DNA of 32,000 nucleotides from Gammaproteobacteria bacterium (GTDB lineage Bacteria; Pseudomonadota; Gammaproteobacteria; JBIOEC01): NCBI GenBank assembly GCA_965279305.1, contig OZ257143.1, positions 1,350,001 to 1,382,000 of the forward strand, read 5' to 3'. Shown piece by piece: positions 26,826 to 32,000 of this stretch (position 1 is its first letter; each line of letters starts with the position of its first letter). The notes under the pieces were generated by a model. It saw only the letters and a program-made list of their open reading frames with translations, ran no database searches and was not told where the DNA came from. The position numbers and the translations under genes were made by a program.

Positions 26826-26840
26826 TTATATGGATAGAAG

Positions 26841-27626
26841 ATGCTAACGGAACTAGAGCCTTCTTTTTTAATACACACCCGCCCTTATCGTGACACCAGT
26901 ATGTTAGTAGAGGCTTTTACTCGACAGTATGGCCGCGTTACGTTGGTGGCTAGAGGTGTTAAGGGTAAAAAAGGCCATAAAACTTTATTGCAACCTTTTG
27001 CTCCTTTACTGATGTCTTGGTGGCTTAAAGGTGACTTGGGAACTGTACGTTCTACTGAACTTTATCAACAACCTTTTTGGTTAACGGGCAACCGACTCGT
27101 GAGTGGTCTTTACGCTAACGAATTGCTTAATCGCTTGCTTCAGCGTCATGAGGCTCATAGCGAACTATTCGATTATTATGCTGCTACTATTCGTCAGATT
27201 GCTCATGTAGAATTAAATCAATTACCGGTGATCCTACGCTTATTTGAAAAGCATTTAATGGTTCATTTAGGCTACGGATTGGTGTTTAATAGAGATGCTT
27301 TTTCAGGCGAGCCTATAGAACCTGATAAACATTACAGTTTTGATCCCTTAATTGGTTGTTATATTTGTAGAGGGGATTGGGGTGGCTATGCAGCCAGACA
27401 TTTATATAAAGGCAGCACTCTGTTAGCATTGCATACAGAGCAGTTTACTACCGCTGAAGAGCTGAATGAGTCCAAGCGTTTGATGCGTACGGCACTGGGT
27501 TCGCATTTGGGGGAAAAGCCATTATTATCCAGAAGCTTATGGCGCCGTGATTTGAGTGACCCTAATATAGAAAAAGTAGTAGAAAAAAGTGAAGGAAGTG
27601 AAATCAATGATGAAATTAGGAGTTAA
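26841..27626 (+). CDS. recO: DNA repair protein RecO
   Basis: The N-terminal OB-fold region (FLIHTRPYRDTSMLVEAFTRQYGRVTLVARG), the size, and the conserved position between era and pdxJ. Confidence 0.85.
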   Translation: MLTELEPSFLIHTRPYRDTSMLVEAFTRQYGRVTLVARGVKGKKGHKTLLQPFAPLLMSWWLKGDLGTVRSTELYQQPFWLTGNRLVSGLYANELLNRLLQRHEAHSELFDYYAATIRQIAHVELNQLPVILRLFEKHLMVHLGYGLVFNRDAFSGEPIEPDKHYSFDPLIGCYICRGDWGGYAARHLYKGSTLLALHTEQFTTAEELNESKRLMRTALGSHLGEKPLLSRSLWRRDLSDPNIEKVVEKSEGSEINDEIRS

Positions 27627-28323
27627 TATTGATCATGTGGCCACGCTGCGGCAAGTGCGTGGTAATGTGAATTATCCTGATCCCGTAGAGGCGGCTTTAA
27701 TGGCGCAATCCGCCGGTGCTGATAATATTACTTTGCATTTACGCGAAGACAGACGCCATATTCAAGATAAAGATGTGTATGCTATTAAAGAAGTGATTAG
27801 CATTCCCATGAATTTAGAGGTGGCACTCACACCTGAAATGATAGATATTGCTTTAGATGTATCGCCTGAAATGTGTTGTTTGGTTCCTGAAAAGCGTCAA
27901 GAACTGACCACAGAAGGGGGGCTTGATGTCGTGAAATATCAAAAAGATATTCAAAAAGCATGTGAGCGATTGGCTGATGCAGGTATTCGGGTGTCTTTAT
28001 TTATTGATATGCATGAAGAGCAAATTTTAGCCGCTGTTGCTTGTGGTGCACCTGAAATAGAATTTCATACGGGTGAATATGCATTAGCTCAAGGTGAGCA
28101 GCAAGTAAATTATTTGAATCAGTTAAAAGCCGCTGCAGTGTTTGCTACTCAAAAGGGCTTGATAGTGCATGCAGGGCATGGTTTAAATTATGATAATGTA
28201 ATGCCTGTTACACGTATTTCAGAGATTGAAGCATTAATGATAGGGCACGCGATTGTGGCACGAGCCGTGTTTGTAGGCTTGGAAAATGCCGTAAAAGAAA
28301 TGAAAGCCTTGTTAAAGGTATAA
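27607..28323 (+). CDS. pdxJ: Pyridoxine 5'-phosphate synthase PdxJ
   Basis: N-terminal LGVNIDHVATLRQVRG and a TIM-barrel-sized protein. The ATG at 27607 follows the SD GAAGGAAG. The GTG at 27589 is a possible alternative. The gene overlaps the recO 3' end. Confidence 0.9.
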   Translation: MMKLGVNIDHVATLRQVRGNVNYPDPVEAALMAQSAGADNITLHLREDRRHIQDKDVYAIKEVISIPMNLEVALTPEMIDIALDVSPEMCCLVPEKRQELTTEGGLDVVKYQKDIQKACERLADAGIRVSLFIDMHEEQILAAVACGAPEIEFHTGEYALAQGEQQVNYLNQLKAAAVFATQKGLIVHAGHGLNYDNVMPVTRISEIEALMIGHAIVARAVFVGLENAVKEMKALLKV

Positions 28324-28346
28324 AAAATAAAATAGGAGAGGCTAAG

Positions 28347-28751
28347 ATGATTATAGGTATAGGCGCGGATATGGTGCATATTCCTCGTATTGAAAAGATC
28401 TTAGCTGATAACGGAACTCGCTTTATTCAACGCATATTAACCGATTCAGAAATTGAAGCTTTTCAAAAATCACCCAAACCCGCTGAATTTGTGGCTGCTA
28501 GGTTTGCGGCTAAAGAAGCAGCGGCTAAAGCATTAGGAACGGGGTTTCGTGCGGGGCTTTCATATTTGCATATTCGTGTATTAAATGACGAATGGCACAG
28601 ACCTATGCTAATGTTTAGTGAAGTGGCCAAACAATTGGCCGATCAGCAAAATATGACGCATTCCCATTTAAGTATTACCCACGAGCGTAGTTATGCTTCG
28701 GCTTATGTAGTTTTAGAGTCGCGTGGAGAAGCCAAACGAAAAGGAGATTGA
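28347..28751 (+). CDS. acpS: Holo-[acyl-carrier-protein] synthase
   Basis: N-terminus MIIGIGADMVHIPRIE, a FAAKEAAAKALG block, and about 130 aa. SD AGGAGAGG lies upstream. Confidence 0.9.
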   Translation: MIIGIGADMVHIPRIEKILADNGTRFIQRILTDSEIEAFQKSPKPAEFVAARFAAKEAAAKALGTGFRAGLSYLHIRVLNDEWHRPMLMFSEVAKQLADQQNMTHSHLSITHERSYASAYVVLESRGEAKRKGD

Positions 28752-28753
28752 TT

Positions 28754-29173
28754 ATGGATATTCACATTAATTCTGAAACGTATAAATTAGTAGAAAGAGC
28801 GGCAGAACATCAGCACCAATCAGTAGAAGATTGGATTGATGCCACATTACAATGTGCAGCCGAAGAAACGTTGCATCCTGAAAAAGCGGTATGTGATCCG
28901 GAAATGTTAGGGAATATTTTAAAGCGTATTGATCGTCGTTTAGGTAAACTAGAAGATAATCCTTTGCAACATAGCGCACGTATGGTGAGTGATGGCGCTA
29001 AAACCGTTGCAAAAGGTGCTCGTCATGTTTACAACAAAGTAGAAGGCCAACCTTGGTTTGAACAAGCGCGCGATAATGCAATGGCTGGGTTTAGTGTTCT
29101 AAGCGACGAAATAAAAAGTTGGTTTGAACCTGAAGCCAAAAAACCAAAACGCAAATCCAAAAAGAAAGACTAG
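28754..29173 (+). CDS. Hypothetical 139-aa protein with a ribbon-helix-helix-like N-terminus and a Lys-rich C-terminal tail
   Basis: ATG at 28754 lies 7 nt after the SD AAGGAG (28741-28746) and just past the acpS stop. The N-terminus DIHINSETYKLVERAAEHQHQSVEDWIDATL has a strand-helix pattern. The tail is EAKKPKRKSKKKD. No family was recognised. Confidence 0.5.
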   Translation: MDIHINSETYKLVERAAEHQHQSVEDWIDATLQCAAEETLHPEKAVCDPEMLGNILKRIDRRLGKLEDNPLQHSARMVSDGAKTVAKGARHVYNKVEGQPWFEQARDNAMAGFSVLSDEIKSWFEPEAKKPKRKSKKKD

Positions 29174-29182
29174 TGTGAGCCT

Positions 29183-29221
29183 GTCATTGCGAGGACGCGT
29201 TTAGCGTCCGCGGCAATCCAT
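29183..29221 (+). repeat. REP-like hairpin element, copy 3 (GTCATTGCGAG...GGCAATCCAT)
   Basis: GTCATTGCGAG-GACGCGTTTAGCGTCC-GCGGCAATCCAT. Inner stem is GGACGC/GCGTCC with a GTTTA loop. It starts 10 nt after the stop of the 139-aa ORF. Confidence 0.7.
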
Positions 29222-29354
29222 CCTATAAAAATGTAAATTTTAGAAAGCCGAAACGGGCAATATTTGATCCGATGGCTAGTTTTAATGGCCATCTTGTAAG
29301 TGTTTTAGCCATAAACATCGAGCTGATTTCTGATGGTCTCTCATACAGAGTTAG

Positions 29355-29363
29355 TGCTATGAT
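29355..29363 (+). promoter_or_regulatory. Candidate extended -10 promoter for the response-regulator gene
   Basis: TGcTATGAT (extended -10) lies 47 nt upstream of the ATG at 29410. The context GTGCTATGAT resembles the degP candidate GTGCTATAAT. Confidence 0.35.
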
Positions 29364-29409
29364 ATATCAGATAAACGTATTTAATTGGTCTGCACCATAG
29401 AGAGATAAT

Positions 29410-29787
29410 ATGAAAAAAGTACTATTTGTTGAAGATGATGAGATTAACCAAACGATTGTTAAAGGCATATTAGGTTCCATCGGGTATAAGGATGTTCAAA
29501 CTGCGAATAATGCTGCGCAAGCCTTGAGCATTCTGGAAAATCCTAATTCAAAGATTGATGTAATCCTGATGGATCTAGGATTGCCAGATATGGATGGAGT
29601 AGCACTTACTGAAAAAATACGTCATAGTCACCTGGCTGCGAAGGATGTTCCTATCATTGCTGTAACTGGGAACAGCCAAGAAAAAGCAAGAGAGAAGAGC
29701 CTAAACGCAGGGATGAATGCTTTTTTAACTAAACCTGTTAATCAGGCTTTGTTGGAAAAGACGCTTACAGAACTTATGAAGGATTAA
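29410..29787 (+). CDS. Stand-alone CheY-like receiver-domain response regulator
   Basis: Receiver hallmarks are present: N-terminal acidic pair VEDDE, phospho-acceptor context ILMDLGLPDMDG, VTGN, and the conserved Lys in LTKPV. No output domain (125 aa). Confidence 0.85.
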   Translation: MKKVLFVEDDEINQTIVKGILGSIGYKDVQTANNAAQALSILENPNSKIDVILMDLGLPDMDGVALTEKIRHSHLAAKDVPIIAVTGNSQEKAREKSLNAGMNAFLTKPVNQALLEKTLTELMKD

Positions 29788-31901
29788 GCAGGGGGTTCTT
29801 TATTGGGATCATTCTTTTCCCATTTTTCCCAGGCTTCTACCATTTTTTTATCTAATTCGCTAGGTAAAACGGGTTTTTTAATGAAATCAAAGCATCCCAT
29901 CTCTCTTGCCGTGTCGTACCATTTTTTATCTCGGTCTTGTTTGGGTTGAAGAGACAATAGTTTCATGAGCCCTGAGAACTTTTTGTCTTTATGAAGTGTA
30001 TTAATAAGTGCTAATGGATCGGTCTTGATCTCGTCGTCAATAATAAGCACTTGAAATGGTTTTTTATCTTTAATAGCCTGTTCAAGTTTATTGATGAGAG
30101 ATGAACTATCAGTTTTGCTCACAAACGCTTGCTCGAACTGGTTGAATTGAATATCAGTAGAGGTTACTTTATCACTCACTACCAATATATGAACAGTAGG
30201 ATGAAGTTTTTCCCATTCAGATACGAAGAATGACATGCTGTGCACTTGAAAAGGAAGTTGAGTAGTAAATTTGGTTCCTTTCCCTAACTCACTTTGTACA
30301 TCAATCTGCCCATTCAATTTATCTACTAATTCTTTTACTACAGATAAACCAATACCGTGACCTTCTTTTAATCCTTTATTAGATAATTCTAAACGATGGA
30401 ACCGTTCAAAAATTTCTTTATATTTATCTTCTGGTATTCCCTCTCCTGTGTCGGTTACTTCTATTTCTAGGATAACGTTATCCCCCTCTTTAGAAGCGAT
30501 ATTAACTGATATAGCCACATGGCCTTCATCAGTAAATTTTATGGCATTACTCATTAAATTAAGCACTATACTAGTGATACAGTGCGTATCACTAATCAGA
30601 TGACGCGGCACTTCAGGAGGGTAATAGATTAAGATATCTACAGGCTTGTTTTTTAACTGAAACGAAAGATTATGGACTACCGATTCAATGATATCAAATA
30701 AATTTAGCTCCTCTTGTACTATTTCTAGAGTGCCTGAGTATATCTTACTAAAATCTAAAATGGATTCGACTAGCTTTGCTAGTCTTAGAGTGGATTTTTC
30801 TTGAACATGAACAAGTTCTTTTATATCATCAGGAAACTCATCTATCCTGTTGACAAGAAGCTGCACAACACCGTAAATACCGTTAAGTGGTGTTTTAAAG
30901 TCATGGCTCATATTCTCCATAAATGCATCTTTAGCAACATTGGCAGCCTCCGCTTTTTCTTTGGCTTCTCCAAGAGCAAATTGCGCTTTTTTAAGTTCGC
31001 TAATATCAATAGAAATCCCTAAAATTCCTACAACTTTATTATTCTTGTCGCGTAATGGCACTCTGCTTGTAAGAAAATATATGATGTTACCTTTTGAATC
31101 AGTAATGGGTGGTTCTTCTACGTTTAATTTGGGTTTTCCAGTGCGCATAACTTCTTGATCATCTTTTCTAAAAGATTCGCCTTGGCCTTCAGTCCAGCCA
31201 CCTAGTCTAGCCATATCTGCATAAGTAATACCCACAATATCTTTATGAGACTTTAAGCCTAGCATTTTAGTCACATTATCATTGCAACCCAAATAAACAG
31301 AGTTTTTATCTGTCCAATAAATATTTCCTGGCATATGTGAAATAATATTTTCTAAATAGAAGAATACAGCTGAAGCATATTCTTCTGCCGTATTATAAGA
31401 AGGTGAGGAATTTCCAAATACTTCTTTGCTTAAATCCGCAAAAAAACCTAAGCTTTTTTTGTTTGCATCGCTTAAAATTTCTTGGGCTGTTTTTCCTTCT
31501 GTCACATCTATCGATATACCAAGAAGCCCTATGATTTGATCATTTGTATCTCTGAGAGGAATTTTATTTGTTAACTGGTGAATAACTTTCTCTTGAGGGA
31601 GATATAGAGTGGGGCCTTCTAAATTTAATTTAGGAATGCCCTCTTTTAATATGTCTTTGTCCTGTTTTCCATAAGTATTAATGCTCTTTTTAGATCCGAG
31701 TATCTTTATAAAAGCATTGTCTGTTTTACCAATGATTTCAGATTTAGGTAAGCCGAGTGCGTTCGCCATCCTGTCATTGCAGCCCTGGTAGACCCCATTG
31801 ATGTCTTTCCAATATACGTTAGCAGGTATGCAGGCGGCAATATTATCGAGAAAGTGCCATATGTGGTAATGCTTATTAGCTTCGGGAGAAGTAGATGTCA
31901 T
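29784..31901 (-). CDS. Soluble hybrid sensor histidine kinase: two tandem PAS-like domains, HisKA, HATPase_c and a C-terminal atypical receiver-like domain
   Basis: Duplicated PAS-like modules lie at about 31497-31859 and 30993-31370 (IPANVYWKDINGVYQGCND... versus MPGNIYWTDKNSVYLGCND...). H-box MSHDFKTPLNG has its His codon at 30903-30905. ATP-lid motifs are VTDTGEGI and GHGIGL. The C-terminal segment HILVVSDK...VLIIDDE...FIKKPV is receiver-like. No transmembrane segments. Confidence 0.85.
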   Translation of the reverse strand: MTSTSPEANKHYHIWHFLDNIAACIPANVYWKDINGVYQGCNDRMANALGLPKSEIIGKTDNAFIKILGSKKSINTYGKQDKDILKEGIPKLNLEGPTLYLPQEKVIHQLTNKIPLRDTNDQIIGLLGISIDVTEGKTAQEILSDANKKSLGFFADLSKEVFGNSSPSYNTAEEYASAVFFYLENIISHMPGNIYWTDKNSVYLGCNDNVTKMLGLKSHKDIVGITYADMARLGGWTEGQGESFRKDDQEVMRTGKPKLNVEEPPITDSKGNIIYFLTSRVPLRDKNNKVVGILGISIDISELKKAQFALGEAKEKAEAANVAKDAFMENMSHDFKTPLNGIYGVVQLLVNRIDEFPDDIKELVHVQEKSTLRLAKLVESILDFSKIYSGTLEIVQEELNLFDIIESVVHNLSFQLKNKPVDILIYYPPEVPRHLISDTHCITSIVLNLMSNAIKFTDEGHVAISVNIASKEGDNVILEIEVTDTGEGIPEDKYKEIFERFHRLELSNKGLKEGHGIGLSVVKELVDKLNGQIDVQSELGKGTKFTTQLPFQVHSMSFFVSEWEKLHPTVHILVVSDKVTSTDIQFNQFEQAFVSKTDSSSLINKLEQAIKDKKPFQVLIIDDEIKTDPLALINTLHKDKKFSGLMKLLSLQPKQDRDKKWYDTAREMGCFDFIKKPVLPSELDKKMVEAWEKWEKNDPNKEPPA

Positions 31902-32000
31902 TTTCCCAACTGTCCTTACTGTTTTTTACTGAACTATAGTATAGGACATTTAATGGGAGAGTCTAAAGGCGCTGGGGCGGATCTGGGTGTCAAATGGGGA

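Overview
This 32 kb window looks like a chromosomal segment from an AT-rich gammaproteobacterium. Gene order and the eukaryote-like proteins suggest Legionellales or Coxiellaceae, but that placement is inference only. Most of the window is conserved housekeeping. The mlaFEDCB lipid-asymmetry operon runs from 2 to 2756. An inverted ibaG-murA pair sits at 4342-5836, followed by a CPA1 Na+/H+ antiporter and an AddB-like nuclease / AddA-like helicase pair (7166-12519). Further on are degP/htrA, the lepA-lepB-rnc-era-recO-pdxJ-acpS block (22596-28751), and a convergent response regulator / soluble double-PAS hybrid histidine kinase pair (29410-31901). Two accessory insertions stand out. (1) Region 2757-4328 holds a three-regulator module (CI/LexA-like HTH-S24 protein, small HTH protein, GerE-only LuxR) that breaks the usual mla-ibaG-murA synteny. 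(2) Region 12521-20843 holds four genes for large, signal-peptide-less, low-complexity proteins with eukaryote-type modules. One is a 925-aa protein whose C-terminus carries several polyproline tracts (including P12) followed by a WH2-type actin-monomer-binding motif. The others are a J-domain-only protein with an intact HPD motif, an ankyrin-repeat/coiled-coil protein, and a ~1011-aa all-helical orphan. All four end in Pro/Ala/Thr/Ser-rich tails. I read this block as a candidate, apparently undescribed host-cytoskeleton/chaperone-targeting effector module. No secretion-system genes are in the window and no database search was possible. The window also has three copies of a REP-like hairpin family (GTCATTGCGAG...GGCAATCCAT) with compensatory inner stems, each just after a stop codon, and a 139-bp array of five back-to-back hairpins between degP and lepA. 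I saw no rRNA, tRNA, CRISPR array, transposase or integrase.
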